IMG/VR virus record: IMGVR_UViG_3300027533_000023 | Coordinates: 1 to 61,277 of that record | Source of the DNA: a virus | Lineage: Duplodnaviria > Caudoviricetes | Length of the DNA stretch: 61,277 nt | Direction: 5' to 3' (one strand) | Shown: positions 46,332-56,511 of the stretch, one piece after another | Position numbering within the stretch: the first letter of the stretch is position 1 | How the letters are laid out: each line of letters opens with the position of its first letter | Position numbers and translations under genes: made by a program | The notes under the pieces: model-generated | What the model saw: the letters and a program-made list of their open reading frames with translations, nothing else | What the model was told of the DNA's origin: nothing | Database searches by the model: none

Positions 46332-47474
46332 TTATGGATATGCGTAAGCTCCTGCGCTGGATGTAGTATTCGTAAAGAAGTACTTCAACGTGCCGTTAGT
46401 ACCTTCAAGTTCATCACCAGAAGGGTATTGGTCATCCGGCTGTACCCAAAGAGCGAACTTCTTAGAGAGAATAAACTGCCAGCCCCTGTTTACTTCTGTA
46501 GGAACATCAGCTACATCGATAGTAGTAGGACAGTCAACATATCTCATCTGAAGATCAAATACCAGGTCTTTCAGGCAATCTTCGGCGTTACAACCGAAGG
46601 CTGAAACTGGCATCGGGATAGTAGCAAAGTAGCTTGAGCCTCTCGGGCCAGCAAAGTTGCCACCGTATTGGTTAAAGCCTAAGAACTTAACGGATCCTGG
46701 AGCGAATAAACCAGCTGTATTTTCTCCCCATATACTCTGAGAGTGTTTATCGAAGAAGAATTTAGGAACACCAAGGCGTCCTGTATCGATACCTGCTGCG
46801 TTACAGCAAGCTGCTCCGTTAGCAATATCCCAAGCTGCTAGCAGACCACCGCCGACCATGCAAGGCTCTCCGCAGATTTCGTTTTCCTGGATGTCTCTCA
46901 TCATCTCTACGATACCGTTATCAAGTATTACCTGATCGCCGTTTCTTGAGATGTTGATTACCTTGCCGGTAGAACTTCCTGTGGTTACGTTGTCGCCAAA
47001 CTGGGAACCAGCGGAGGTAACAACAGCCTTATTAATTTCACTCATAAGGATATTAGCATGCTCTAAGAGGATACTGTAATGCTCATTCATGATGCTCGGA
47101 ACAGCTGCTCCAGCAGAGCGTAGCTGGCTAGCTTCGTCGCAGTACTTACGGATTTCCTCATCGCTAAGGAACCAGCTTGTACTTTTAAAACTAAGGTTGG
47201 GAAGTGTCCATTCCTCATAACCCGGAATACGATTTATTTCGCAGTTATCAACAGACTGTACATCTGAAGATGTTGGACGTTTACGATACTTAACAGTCAG
47301 TGTTTTAAAGTGACCGTTACTTTGGTTGCCATCGTTTATTGGAGATACCGTGCTGTTCTGACAGCAGAAGGTCATAGCCAAAAAACCGGCAACGTGCATT
47401 TTATTAGCCGCAGCGTTTCCAGCAGCAATATCATCGATATGCCTGAGTAGCGCGGGGCAATAGCCGTTAGCCAT
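46332..47474 (-). CDS. Major capsid protein (putative)
   Basis: 380 aa, after the scaffold gene, followed by a terminator and neck genes. Confidence 0.8.
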   Translation of the reverse strand: MANGYCPALLRHIDDIAAGNAAANKMHVAGFLAMTFCCQNSTVSPINDGNQSNGHFKTLTVKYRKRPTSSDVQSVDNCEINRIPGYEEWTLPNLSFKSTSWFLSDEEIRKYCDEASQLRSAGAAVPSIMNEHYSILLEHANILMSEINKAVVTSAGSQFGDNVTTGSSTGKVINISRNGDQVILDNGIVEMMRDIQENEICGEPCMVGGGLLAAWDIANGAACCNAAGIDTGRLGVPKFFFDKHSQSIWGENTAGLFAPGSVKFLGFNQYGGNFAGPRGSSYFATIPMPVSAFGCNAEDCLKDLVFDLQMRYVDCPTTIDVADVPTEVNRGWQFILSKKFALWVQPDDQYPSGDELEGTNGTLKYFFTNTTSSAGAYAYP

Positions 47475-47524
47475 TGTAAAAAAGATTTTGGAATTTAAGA
47501 GAACCTTTGTATTGGCTTATAGCC

Positions 47525-48442
47525 CTACATTACGGGTTGCTTTTCTGCACGCTCCAAGTCTGCCAAGGATTTCTGCGTGAGGCTCCGTAAAGTTGGGTCT
47601 TTAACGTTGTTCGTATTCTGAGCACCGTTAGTCCCCGCGATCACATTTGTATTATCCGCTGTTTTAGGAGGTGTGGGATCAGTCACCTTAAGAATTTTGT
47701 TTTGGGACAGGGTTGTATCAATGAGAATTTTCGGATCCCATGGGCGATTGTCGTCCCCAAAGACGTTAGCACCATCCTTACGGATTAGCTTTAAACGCCC
47801 ACTATCGTCCAATGTAAGCTCCGCATTTTTGTCCTGAAGAGTTTTATCGATAAGCGACCTGAGAGCAGCCTTACGAGCTACTTTAGGCATCGCATCAAAT
47901 ATTGTTGGATACTCAGCTAACATAGAATCTATTTCTATATCACGCCTTGCATTAAATTCTTTAGTCTGATATTCTCTTCGAACATTTTCTACTGCATCCT
48001 TCTCTTGCCTTAGCTCACCCTGCAGTTTCTCAATCTCTGCCTGAAAGGTTTGCTTTTCAGTGTTGTTAACACTCTGCATCTTTTTATTATATAGTTCCTC
48101 CAACTTACCGATCAGTATCCTTTGCCTCTTTGGGGTACTCTTTTCATTTCTTACTACTGCTTTCACATCGTCCGACAGTTTAAGATCGTCCATCAGTTTA
48201 TCCAGCTCTGCATTCACGCCATTAAGCGCGCTAGCTACATAGTGCCATTTAATCTGTGGGTGCTCGTTCTTAGCTTCAGTAATAGATAAAAGGCTGCTGT
48301 CAATAGAATTAGCCAGCTGGTCTGGTATCGGTATCTTCTGTAAGTCAGGTACAGTTAAGAAGGTCTTTAACTCTTCGTCATCAACATCTATACCTGCTTT
48401 GATAGCTAACTTATTAATGTATTCACCGAGATAGATAGGCAT
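47525..48442 (-). CDS. Capsid scaffolding protein (putative)
   Basis: Charged coiled coil, low-complexity C-terminus, upstream of the capsid gene. Confidence 0.7.
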   Translation of the reverse strand: MPIYLGEYINKLAIKAGIDVDDEELKTFLTVPDLQKIPIPDQLANSIDSSLLSITEAKNEHPQIKWHYVASALNGVNAELDKLMDDLKLSDDVKAVVRNEKSTPKRQRILIGKLEELYNKKMQSVNNTEKQTFQAEIEKLQGELRQEKDAVENVRREYQTKEFNARRDIEIDSMLAEYPTIFDAMPKVARKAALRSLIDKTLQDKNAELTLDDSGRLKLIRKDGANVFGDDNRPWDPKILIDTTLSQNKILKVTDPTPPKTADNTNVIAGTNGAQNTNNVKDPTLRSLTQKSLADLERAEKQPVM

Positions 48443-48443
48443 A

Positions 48444-48509
48444 TTATTTTTTGGGTTTTGGGCGGGGTTTACCGCAGCCTCTACAATAGATTAAATTATT
48501 TGTTTTCAT
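48444..48509 (-). CDS. 21-aa micropeptide with CxxC (not in ORF track)
   Basis: MKTNNLIYCRGCGKPRPKPKK; ATGA overlap with the upstream stop; own stop 1 nt before the scaffold ATG. Confidence 0.5.
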   Translation of the reverse strand: MKTNNLIYCRGCGKPRPKPKK

Positions 48510-48916
48510 GCATTTTGCATTTCTTCCTTAGTGCGCCGATGTCTTTTCTGTTTAACTACTTCTTTAGCCTTCTTAGGCTGTTTAACTTCAACCTCTTCAT
48601 GTGCGTCATTATCTACTACCTGAACAGGCTGAACTCTTATAGGTGTAGGTATTCCAGGCTGCGGGTTTACTCTCTTAACTCTTTGTGGTCTAGCTATAAA
48701 AGGCTGAGCCTCTGTATTGACTATACCAACAGTTTCAATAATATGTCGTAATTGAATTGGGCGTACTAAGTTCTCTTTTTCAAGAGCCGTACGTGCACTC
48801 AACTCGAAATGGCTTTCCTTATATATTACCTGGAGATTACTGTCATATTTAAGACTTTTACCATCAGTAGTACGTGGTGTGAGAACTCTTAAATACGGCC
48901 CTTTAAAATGACTCAT
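48506..48916 (-). CDS. Hypothetical basic protein, first gene of head operon
   Basis: KRHRRTKEEM C-terminal motif. Confidence 0.6.
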   Translation of the reverse strand: MSHFKGPYLRVLTPRTTDGKSLKYDSNLQVIYKESHFELSARTALEKENLVRPIQLRHIIETVGIVNTEAQPFIARPQRVKRVNPQPGIPTPIRVQPVQVVDNDAHEEVEVKQPKKAKEVVKQKRHRRTKEEMQNA

Positions 48917-48940
48917 AAGCGGTTAGTGACTCTTTATAGA

Positions 48941-48951
48941 ATATAAATTTA
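48941..48951 (-). promoter_or_regulatory. Putative late promoter element TAAATTTATAT
   Basis: Same 11-mer as 19280-19290. Confidence 0.45.
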
Positions 48952-49010
48952 TTTTATTTTTTTAATCCGTAAATAATATAAAATATCTTTTATATCTTTA
49001 ATATATCTGC

Positions 49011-49172
49011 ATGGAAAAACATACTTTATTACTTAAAGACATACCTGAAGATATTTATCTGTATCTATTAAAAGAGCAGAACCGATTGAAGGAAAAGAAC
49101 AAGATTAGCCAATACAGTCTCGAACGTACTCTTTACGGAATACTTCGCTGTATAATTAAACCTAAGAAATGA
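49011..49172 (+). CDS. Ribbon-helix-helix-like regulator (53 aa, not in ORF track)
   Basis: HTLLLKDIPEDIYLYLLKEQ...YSLERTLYGILR; ATGA-coupled to the GT2 gene. Confidence 0.6.
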   Translation: MEKHTLLLKDIPEDIYLYLLKEQNRLKEKNKISQYSLERTLYGILRCIIKPKK

Positions 49173-49867
49173 GAACTATTACCCTAGCTATTACTAACTA
49201 TAATCGTTTCGAACTACTGGTTAAGAGTTTTGAACAAGTACTTAATGACGAGCGTATAGATGAAATTATAATAGTAGATGACCATAGTAAAAAAGAAATT
49301 TTAGATAAAATAGTTGCTGAATTTAATAGTCATCCGAAAGTTTATATATATAGTAATCCAAGAACATTAGGAGTTTATAAAAACAAGCACGAATCTGTAG
49401 AACTATCAAGCAACGAATGGGTTATTGTCTTTGACTCTGATAATATTATAGATACAAATTATATTGACGCTCTCTATAAAATAAAAGAATGGCAACCAAA
49501 AACGGTTTACTGCCCTGACTTCGCCAAGCCTAAGTTTGATTATCGACATTTTGCAGGTAAACTTATCTATCGTAGTACAGCAGCCAGTTTTTTTAAGCTA
49601 CCTCAGTTTGACTGCCTGATAAATACAATGAACTGCTTTGTAAATAGAGATGAGTACTTAAGGCACTTCGATCCAGAGACAGAACCATCCGCGGCTGATA
49701 GTGCTTACTTTAACTACCGATGGCTTATGGCTGGCAATTCGATGTATGTAGTTCCTGGATTGGAGTACGAGCATTTAGTTCACTCAGGCAGCCACTATGT
49801 ACAGAATATAGGTACTTCAAATAAGTTTCACACACAGATGATGAACGCTTTTAAAACAATGAAATGA
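49169..49867 (+). CDS. Glycosyltransferase family 2
   Basis: ITLAITNYNR, EIIIVDDHS, FDSDN. Confidence 0.9.
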   Translation: MRTITLAITNYNRFELLVKSFEQVLNDERIDEIIIVDDHSKKEILDKIVAEFNSHPKVYIYSNPRTLGVYKNKHESVELSSNEWVIVFDSDNIIDTNYIDALYKIKEWQPKTVYCPDFAKPKFDYRHFAGKLIYRSTAASFFKLPQFDCLINTMNCFVNRDEYLRHFDPETEPSAADSAYFNYRWLMAGNSMYVVPGLEYEHLVHSGSHYVQNIGTSNKFHTQMMNAFKTMK

Positions 49868-50964
49868 TAAAACGAGCTTTAGTACTCGGCGCCGGAGGGT
49901 TTATCGGTAGCCACATGGTAAAAAGATTAAAGGCTGAAGGCTACTGGGTGAGAGGCGTTGATATAAAAGAACCCGAGTTTAGCCCTACACAAGCAGATCA
50001 ATTTTTACTTCACGACTTAAGGAATATTTACGCGACTAATGATGCATTTAAAATAAAAGGCGGGTTTGATGAGGTTTACCAATTTGCTGCTGATATGGGT
50101 GGCGCTGGCTATATCTTCTCAGGAGAAAACGATGCTGAAGTATTTAATAACTCAATGCGTATAAACCTTAATACTGCTGAGGCTGCTGTTAACTACGGTG
50201 TTAAAAAGTTATTCTTTTCATCTTCTGCCTGTATATACCCACAGGAACTACAAGAAGATCCAAACAACCACGGCTTAAAAGAATCAGACGCCTATCCAGC
50301 TAATCCAGATTCGGCTTACGGCTGGGAGAAAATAGCGGCAGAACAATTATACGATGCTTACAGGAGAAACTATAATCTTGACGTAAGGATAGCCCGGTTT
50401 CACAATATTTACGGTCCAGAAGGGACATATCAAGGAGGGAGAGAAAAAGCGCCTGCAGCTATGTGTAGAAAGGCAGCAGAGGCTATTGACGGTGGATTTG
50501 TAGAAGTATGGGGTGATGGAAAGCAGACACGAAGTTTTTTATATATAGATGACTGTATTGAGGCAGTAAGAAAATTAATGTATGATATTGAAGGAGATTG
50601 GCAAATACCGCCACCTATTATGAATATCGGTAGCGAAGAAATGGTTAGTATTAATCATCTAGCAGAAATTGCTATTGGATTAAGCGGTAAAAAATTAAGA
50701 ATTAATAATATCTCTAGTAACAATTTAGGTGTACGTGGTAGAAGTAGTGATAATAAAACTATACGAAACTGGTTTCACTGGGAACCAAAGTTCAATCTTA
50801 TTAAAGGATTAGGAGAAACTTACGATTGGATCGCTCAACACTTACAGGGGTCATCTATTAAGGAATCATTACAAGAAAGATTTAAAGACTTAGTAGATGC
50901 CCAAGCCCTAAAAGGAACTTATAAACCATTTAATAATGAAAATACAAGTCAAACCCAGTATTAA
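49864..50964 (+). CDS. NAD-dependent epimerase, GDP-mannose 3,5-epimerase-like
   Basis: GAGGFIG, AADMGGAGYI, SSACIYP, YGWEK, GGREKAPAAMCRK. Confidence 0.88.
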   Translation: MIKRALVLGAGGFIGSHMVKRLKAEGYWVRGVDIKEPEFSPTQADQFLLHDLRNIYATNDAFKIKGGFDEVYQFAADMGGAGYIFSGENDAEVFNNSMRINLNTAEAAVNYGVKKLFFSSSACIYPQELQEDPNNHGLKESDAYPANPDSAYGWEKIAAEQLYDAYRRNYNLDVRIARFHNIYGPEGTYQGGREKAPAAMCRKAAEAIDGGFVEVWGDGKQTRSFLYIDDCIEAVRKLMYDIEGDWQIPPPIMNIGSEEMVSINHLAEIAIGLSGKKLRINNISSNNLGVRGRSSDNKTIRNWFHWEPKFNLIKGLGETYDWIAQHLQGSSIKESLQERFKDLVDAQALKGTYKPFNNENTSQTQY

Positions 50965-51163
50965 AAAGATCAACGGTAGAACCTTTAAACGTTGGGTAGT
51001 AAGAGCTATCGGGAATAACGGAAAGGTTATTAATACAAGTGAGATACTAAACAGTAAATCTGCTGTCTTGAAAAATATTAAAGCAGCTAGTAAAGTCTTT
51101 GCTGGTTCGATTAGTAAGGATGGTGCTAAAATAATGAATATCGAATTTCCAAAGGTATGGTAA
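50936..51163 (+). CDS. DUF1508/YegP-like small protein
   Basis: WVVRAIGNNGKVINTSE...SKSAVLKNI. Confidence 0.6.
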   Translation: MKIQVKPSIKKINGRTFKRWVVRAIGNNGKVINTSEILNSKSAVLKNIKAASKVFAGSISKDGAKIMNIEFPKVW

Positions 51164-51909
51164 CGTTCAAAAATATGGGGCGGCTAGGGAACTTTCTTTT
51201 CGAGGCTGCTGCTGCCTGGGCATATGCTCATAAGCATAAGCTAGAATTTACAGTACCTCATAAAACTAACGATCCATACTGGAACCCTCTATACTTACAG
51301 CACCTAGCTAAGCCGTTTCCTATTAACCAAAGCACTATTTATATTAACGAGCATAAGCATAGTTTTGTATCTATACCTTTTAATGAAAGTTGGCATCGTA
51401 AGAATATTTGCCTTGAAGGGTACTTCCAATCTGAGAAGTATTTTAACTGGTGCCGAGAGGAACTACTTGCGGCTTTTGGCTTTCAGTGGAACCCTCATAA
51501 TAACGTATCTATCCATGTACGTAGAGGCGATTATCTGAAGTACCCTCATAAGCACCCAATTATACCAGATAGCTATTATGAAAAAGCAATCGAATATTTT
51601 GTTGAAAAGGGGTTTAATACATTTTACGTATTTAGTGATGATACGGATTGGTGTATTGAATATTTTAAAGAGAAAAAATTTAACGCATACTTTATTATTA
51701 GAACAGGTGGTAATGAGATCGAAGATTTAGTTGGAATTAGTGAATGTGCTGGTGGACATATTAACTCATCATCAACTTTTGCGTGGTGGGGAGCGTGGTT
51801 AAACTGTAATCCTAATAAAATTGTAATTACTCCAAAGCTATGGTTTGTTCCAGGTCATAACAATTTAGATACTTCAGATATTATTCCGGAATCATGGATA
51901 AAAATATAA
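51157..51909 (+). CDS. Glycosyltransferase family 11 (alpha-1,2-fucosyltransferase-like)
   Basis: GRLGNFLF, GYFQSEKYF, SIHVRRGDY, FSDD, STFAWWGAWL. Confidence 0.93.
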   Translation: MVTFKNMGRLGNFLFEAAAAWAYAHKHKLEFTVPHKTNDPYWNPLYLQHLAKPFPINQSTIYINEHKHSFVSIPFNESWHRKNICLEGYFQSEKYFNWCREELLAAFGFQWNPHNNVSIHVRRGDYLKYPHKHPIIPDSYYEKAIEYFVEKGFNTFYVFSDDTDWCIEYFKEKKFNAYFIIRTGGNEIEDLVGISECAGGHINSSSTFAWWGAWLNCNPNKIVITPKLWFVPGHNNLDTSDIIPESWIKI

Positions 51910-52082
51910 AGAAAATATTGGTTATAAAAGAGTGTCCAGCAAAAGGAGTAATATGGGAGAAAGGAGAGGATGGATTATTTAGATGTGAAAAGAGACTACA
52001 CTTTGGAGTATTAGAAGAATGGCAAATACAACACGACTTAAATCATAATTACATACAAGTTATAGAATATGAATATAAATAA
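51894..52082 (+). CDS. Hypothetical protein
   Basis: Coupled ORF. Confidence 0.5.
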   Translation: MDKNIKKILVIKECPAKGVIWEKGEDGLFRCEKRLHFGVLEEWQIQHDLNHNYIQVIEYEYK

Positions 52083-52097
52083 CCCCTCGATCTATAT

Positions 52098-52676
52098 ATG
52101 ACAGATTTCTGGCAAACCATCCCCCACACAATGTTCGACTTCATGCAGTTCTATAACGATATGGCAGCGACACTTCCTAACCCTTGTAATATAGCTGAGG
52201 TTGGTGTGGCGGATGGTGCCAGTGCTATCTTCTTAGCTGAGCGACTAAGAGACTTGGGGAAAGAATACAGGCTGCGGATGATTGATAACTTAGCATACGG
52301 GCAGGTCGAGCAGCTAAACACAATTATCCACAATGTATCCGAAAGTGGGTGTGCATGGAATATAGATATAATGCCGTACGATAGCCTTAATGCCAGCCTT
52401 AAGTTCCCTGATAACTATTTCGATCTTGTCTTTATAGATTCAGGGCATACCTATGAGCTTACAAAGGCAGAAATACGCTTGTGGATACGTAAGGTAAAAG
52501 ATGGTGGAATACTAGCTGGACATGATTATAACAGTGCTGAAAATCCTGGAGTAAAACAAGCTATTGACGAGCTAATACCATTTCAAAATTTACATGGGAA
52601 TTTACGTATAATATCTACAGAAAAAGGATACGATATCTGGAAAATAATAAAAGGGCCGTTTGCGCACATATTATGA
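52098..52676 (+). CDS. Class I SAM methyltransferase (Methyltransf_24-like)
   Basis: EVGVADGAS, FIDSGHTYE, GGILAGHDY. Confidence 0.88.
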   Translation: MTDFWQTIPHTMFDFMQFYNDMAATLPNPCNIAEVGVADGASAIFLAERLRDLGKEYRLRMIDNLAYGQVEQLNTIIHNVSESGCAWNIDIMPYDSLNASLKFPDNYFDLVFIDSGHTYELTKAEIRLWIRKVKDGGILAGHDYNSAENPGVKQAIDELIPFQNLHGNLRIISTEKGYDIWKIIKGPFAHIL

Positions 52677-53467
52677 TTGAAAACCTCTTTGCGGCTTATA
52701 TAAATCTTGACCACCGTTTAGATAGAAAACTACACATGGAAAAGGAACTCGCTAAGGCTGGCGTAGAGGCTGTAAGGATACGCGGTATGTTACCAAAGGA
52801 ATATACAGGTGATGAATCTAAAGTAGCTGTAATGCGAGCCAGAACGCCCGGAGCTATCGGTTGCCACTACTCTCAGGTAAAAGTTATGGAAATGGCTTTA
52901 CTACATGAGCAAAACGCTTTCGTTATGGAGGATGATTTGGTGTTTTGTAATGACTTTCAAAAGAGATTACAATATATAGACGCTTTTACCAAAACTCACG
53001 ATTGGGATATTATCTGGTTAGGAGGTACTTTCCACGTAAATCCTCCACACTGGCATAAAGAGAAAAACCCTGACCTGCCGGATACAAAGATGAGGCGCGA
53101 TGCCCAGCTAACAGACGACCCAAGAATGATTAGAACTTACGGCGCATTCTGTACTTACGCCTATATTGTAAACTATAATTCTATTGCGTTAGTCTTATCT
53201 CTATTAGATTCTATTGTGCATGAAAGTATGGGTATAGATTGGGCAATGATTAAGCTGCAGCCGCAGTTATCTACCTTTGCCTTTGTTCCTGGCTGTATCA
53301 AGCAGATGGATAACCCTAGTGATATCGGCAAGCCTGATAGAAACGGAAAGAAAGCCTTTACCTATTTTAGCCATTTTGCTAAGTCAACTGGTCCGTATTG
53401 GTGGGCAAAGCACATGGAGGAATTTAATCCGCTAACGTTCAACTGGGCCGAGGCTCGCAACAAATGA
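52673..53467 (+). CDS. Glycosyltransferase family 25
   Basis: YINLDHRLDR, GAIGCHYS, VMEDD, AYIV, IDW. Confidence 0.88.
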   Translation: MIENLFAAYINLDHRLDRKLHMEKELAKAGVEAVRIRGMLPKEYTGDESKVAVMRARTPGAIGCHYSQVKVMEMALLHEQNAFVMEDDLVFCNDFQKRLQYIDAFTKTHDWDIIWLGGTFHVNPPHWHKEKNPDLPDTKMRRDAQLTDDPRMIRTYGAFCTYAYIVNYNSIALVLSLLDSIVHESMGIDWAMIKLQPQLSTFAFVPGCIKQMDNPSDIGKPDRNGKKAFTYFSHFAKSTGPYWWAKHMEEFNPLTFNWAEARNK

Positions 53468-53688
53468 GATTCAAGTGGTATAAAACACAGGCTATTCTCT
53501 CAAATACAGAAGTAAATGAACTATTAATACAGCTGCAAAAGTATGTTACAATATTTTGGGTTGAAACGCATGAAGAGGGGCCAGTTTCTTACCGGTGTTT
53601 TCGTATACATTATTACTATCATAAGGAACTAATCAAGGGAGGTAATACGTTTATTTTTATTAAAGACGTAAAGACTGTAAAGAAATGA
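53464..53688 (+). CDS. Hypothetical protein
   Basis: Coupled ORF. Confidence 0.5.
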   Translation: MRFKWYKTQAILSNTEVNELLIQLQKYVTIFWVETHEEGPVSYRCFRIHYYYHKELIKGGNTFIFIKDVKTVKK

Positions 53689-53765
53689 GATTAGATCATC
53701 CATTACTTATATTAATTGCATTACTACTTATAGTATATATCTTTTCAATTAAGAAAAAATGAGCT

Positions 53766-53966
53766 ATGGAAATTCCTGCATCATTGCGACCTTACGAATA
53801 TAAAGGAGAGAAATATTTAACCTTACAATCGTGCAGGGTTAAGCATATGGGTAAATTTGTTGACGGTATTATTTACTTCAGGGCGGATGATAGATTTAAC
53901 GATAATAGCCGACAATTATATGTCAGAACATGGACAGATTTCTATAAAAACTTTAAAGAATTATGA
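53766..53966 (+). CDS. DUF1653-like small protein
   Basis: YKGEKY...IIYF...LYVRTWTDFYKNF. Confidence 0.55.
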   Translation: MEIPASLRPYEYKGEKYLTLQSCRVKHMGKFVDGIIYFRADDRFNDNSRQLYVRTWTDFYKNFKEL

Positions 53967-54673
53967 AATTAGAAGAAACTTTAAACGGTGGTTACAACGG
54001 CTTATACGGCGAAGTAGTTACCTATGACATTTACCGACTTAAGAAGATACCTTTTAAACCAGATATTATTTTCGACTTCGGTGCTAATATCGGGGTGTTT
54101 ACTCGTTATGCTCGTACTCTTTTTCCTGACGCGTTGATTGTATCTGTTGAGCCACACCCAGCAAATGTGGCTCTTTTTAAACACTTCACTAACGACCATA
54201 ATAATATCCTGATAGAAAAAGCTATCGGCAGGGGTAAGATGTGGCACAACTTAGGTGCTGTTAACGGCTCTGGAGAATCGTATGTATCTTCTGGCTTAGG
54301 CTTTGAAAACGATATGATGAGAAACGCAGCTGATATGTCACTAGGTATAGAAGATACTATGATTGAATGTGTAATGCCTGATACTATTATTTACCAATTC
54401 TGGAAACCAGGAATGAAAGCTATCTGGAAATGTGATATAGAAGGAGGAGAAAATGTCATCTACGGCGATAAGAGCAGTATGGAAGCAATTAGCCAGATGG
54501 ACTATATCACTATGGAAGTACACTGGTATGCCCTTACTGGAGGATTAGCTTATGACGAGGTAAAAGCAGCTACCTTAAAAGCTATTGACGAACTAAAAGA
54601 AACGCACAATACAGAACTCGATAATGTAACTTTTTGGGCACTAAAAAAAGAATATGGAACTCAAATACCGTAG
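53963..54673 (+). CDS. FkbM-family methyltransferase
   Basis: FDFGANIGVF, VEPHP, KCDIEGGE, EVH. Confidence 0.88.
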   Translation: MKLEETLNGGYNGLYGEVVTYDIYRLKKIPFKPDIIFDFGANIGVFTRYARTLFPDALIVSVEPHPANVALFKHFTNDHNNILIEKAIGRGKMWHNLGAVNGSGESYVSSGLGFENDMMRNAADMSLGIEDTMIECVMPDTIIYQFWKPGMKAIWKCDIEGGENVIYGDKSSMEAISQMDYITMEVHWYALTGGLAYDEVKAATLKAIDELKETHNTELDNVTFWALKKEYGTQIP

Positions 54674-55196
54674 ACAACTACCTGAATTTTTAATATCGCT
54701 AAATATGCTTGGTGACGGGGTCGAGGTCGGCGTAGCTGAAGGCAACTTCTCAGCCGACCTTTTAAGGGAAGGAATACCACGACTGTATATGGTAGATATC
54801 TGGAATCAGATGAAAAAAGCTAAAGGCGATGCCAGTAACCCGCAAAGATGGCACGATGACAACTACCACAAGGCAAGACTACAAACAAAACCGTTTGGCG
54901 ATAGGGCTATTTTCCTACAGGGGTTTTCAGAAGATATGGCTTTTCTTGTTCCTGACAATTCGCTCTCGCTCGTCTATCTTGACGGCGACCATTCTTACAA
55001 CGGTGTGTGGACGGATCTTGTAGCCTGGTTCCCGAAGTTAAAAGTTGGTGGAGTATTAGCTGGCCATGACTTCTTAGCGCCTGAATACGGCGTTAAACAG
55101 GCTGTAGAAGATTTCTGCAGGGGTAGGTTTGAAGTACATCTAATTCCTGAAGACAAAAATGAAGACGCTGGCTTTTATTTCTTAAAAACTCAATAA
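54654..55196 (+). CDS. Class I SAM methyltransferase (Methyltransf_24-like)
   Basis: EVGVAEG, YLDGDHSY, GGVLAGHDF. Confidence 0.88.
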   Translation: MELKYRRQLPEFLISLNMLGDGVEVGVAEGNFSADLLREGIPRLYMVDIWNQMKKAKGDASNPQRWHDDNYHKARLQTKPFGDRAIFLQGFSEDMAFLVPDNSLSLVYLDGDHSYNGVWTDLVAWFPKLKVGGVLAGHDFLAPEYGVKQAVEDFCRGRFEVHLIPEDKNEDAGFYFLKTQ

Positions 55197-55450
55197 TGGA
55201 AAAGGTAGTAAAATCTAATGCTAGATACGGTACTGTCTCAGTTATAGAAGACGGTAAAGACTTTAATACAAGATACCGCATTACAGCTACTACTGATAAC
55301 GGGAGTTGTGCTTATATTAAAACAACTGGCAATAATGAAGCAGCAATGCGTTGTATAAAAGAGGCAGAAGATGCTTTAGTTATAGAACTAAATAAGCCGA
55401 TTATACCAATAACTTTTTGGGATAAATTAAAAGAACTTGGATTCAAATAA
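55196..55450 (+). CDS. Hypothetical protein
   Basis: Coupled ORF. Confidence 0.5.
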   Translation: MEKVVKSNARYGTVSVIEDGKDFNTRYRITATTDNGSCAYIKTTGNNEAAMRCIKEAEDALVIELNKPIIPITFWDKLKELGFK

Positions 55451-55455
55451 TTAAT

Positions 55456-56112
55456 ATGCTTATACCCCTAAAAGACCTGATCAGAAAATATAAATTTCAC
55501 CCTAAAGGAGTAGTCCACATCGGTGCTAATACAGGACAGGAGGCAGACGACTACCTTAAAGAGAATATCCACAGCAGCTTTTGGGTAGAGGCTATCCCTG
55601 AGGTATTTAAGAAGCTCCAGCAGCACCTTAGTAAAAAGAACTTTTTACAGTGTACTATTTCTAATACCCTCCTGAGTAATGTAGACGGCAAAGAGGTTAC
55701 TTTTCACATCGCAAGCAATGACGGGCAAAGCTCCAGTATGTTCGAGTTTGGCACCCACACAAAAGAGCACCCGACAGTAAAGTTCACCCACGATATTACC
55801 CTTAAGACAAAACGCTTTGATACATTAATCAGGGAGTTACTAGCTAACGATAACCCATTAGAACTAAAGATGAATGAATACGATTTTTTGAATATAGACG
55901 TGCAGGGTGCAGAGCTATTAGTAATGGAAGGTATGGGCAACCTGATTAAGAAGTTCAAATGGATATATCTGGAGGTAAATGAAAAAGAACTTTACAAGGG
56001 AATACCGCTGATAGGTGAAATAGATACTTTTCTATACAAAAGAGGCTTCGAGAGAAAAGAAACAAGTATGACAAACTTTGGATGGGGGGATGCATTTTAT
56101 ATTAAATTCTGA
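55456..56112 (+). CDS. FkbM-family methyltransferase
   Basis: VHIGANTGQE, QSSS, IDVQGAELLV, ELYKG, WGDAFY. Confidence 0.9.
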   Translation: MLIPLKDLIRKYKFHPKGVVHIGANTGQEADDYLKENIHSSFWVEAIPEVFKKLQQHLSKKNFLQCTISNTLLSNVDGKEVTFHIASNDGQSSSMFEFGTHTKEHPTVKFTHDITLKTKRFDTLIRELLANDNPLELKMNEYDFLNIDVQGAELLVMEGMGNLIKKFKWIYLEVNEKELYKGIPLIGEIDTFLYKRGFERKETSMTNFGWGDAFYIKF

Positions 56113-56115
56113 TGT

Positions 56116-56511
56116 ATGAATCAAGTCGAATATGCTATTATGAAATTTGGCTTATTACCTTATAAACTTGGTGAAATAATTAAATCACCGGTAGCGTTCA
56201 ATTACGGATCTACAATAAAGGTTTTTAGATACAGTGGCGGTAGAAATAATGGCTCTTGGGGAGTAACAGTTAAGGCTGGAATGATTGATTATGCAGGCAA
56301 TGAAATAATGAAGTATCCTATGACAATAAAAAAAAGAGATGATATTAACCTAATAGAGTTTACTAAAAAATTAGATGTACTATTTCCTACAAATAATACA
56401 GCACAGCTTCAGTATGTCCTAGATTTAAAAAGGCTAGCTCAATACGAAGAAGAAATTAAGGAAATATGGAAGCCGCATGAAAAGAAAAAGAAAGGATTAA
56501 AGAACGAATGA
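56116..56511 (+). CDS. Hypothetical protein
   Basis: Operon position. Confidence 0.55.
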   Translation: MNQVEYAIMKFGLLPYKLGEIIKSPVAFNYGSTIKVFRYSGGRNNGSWGVTVKAGMIDYAGNEIMKYPMTIKKRDDINLIEFTKKLDVLFPTNNTAQLQYVLDLKRLAQYEEEIKEIWKPHEKKKKGLKNE

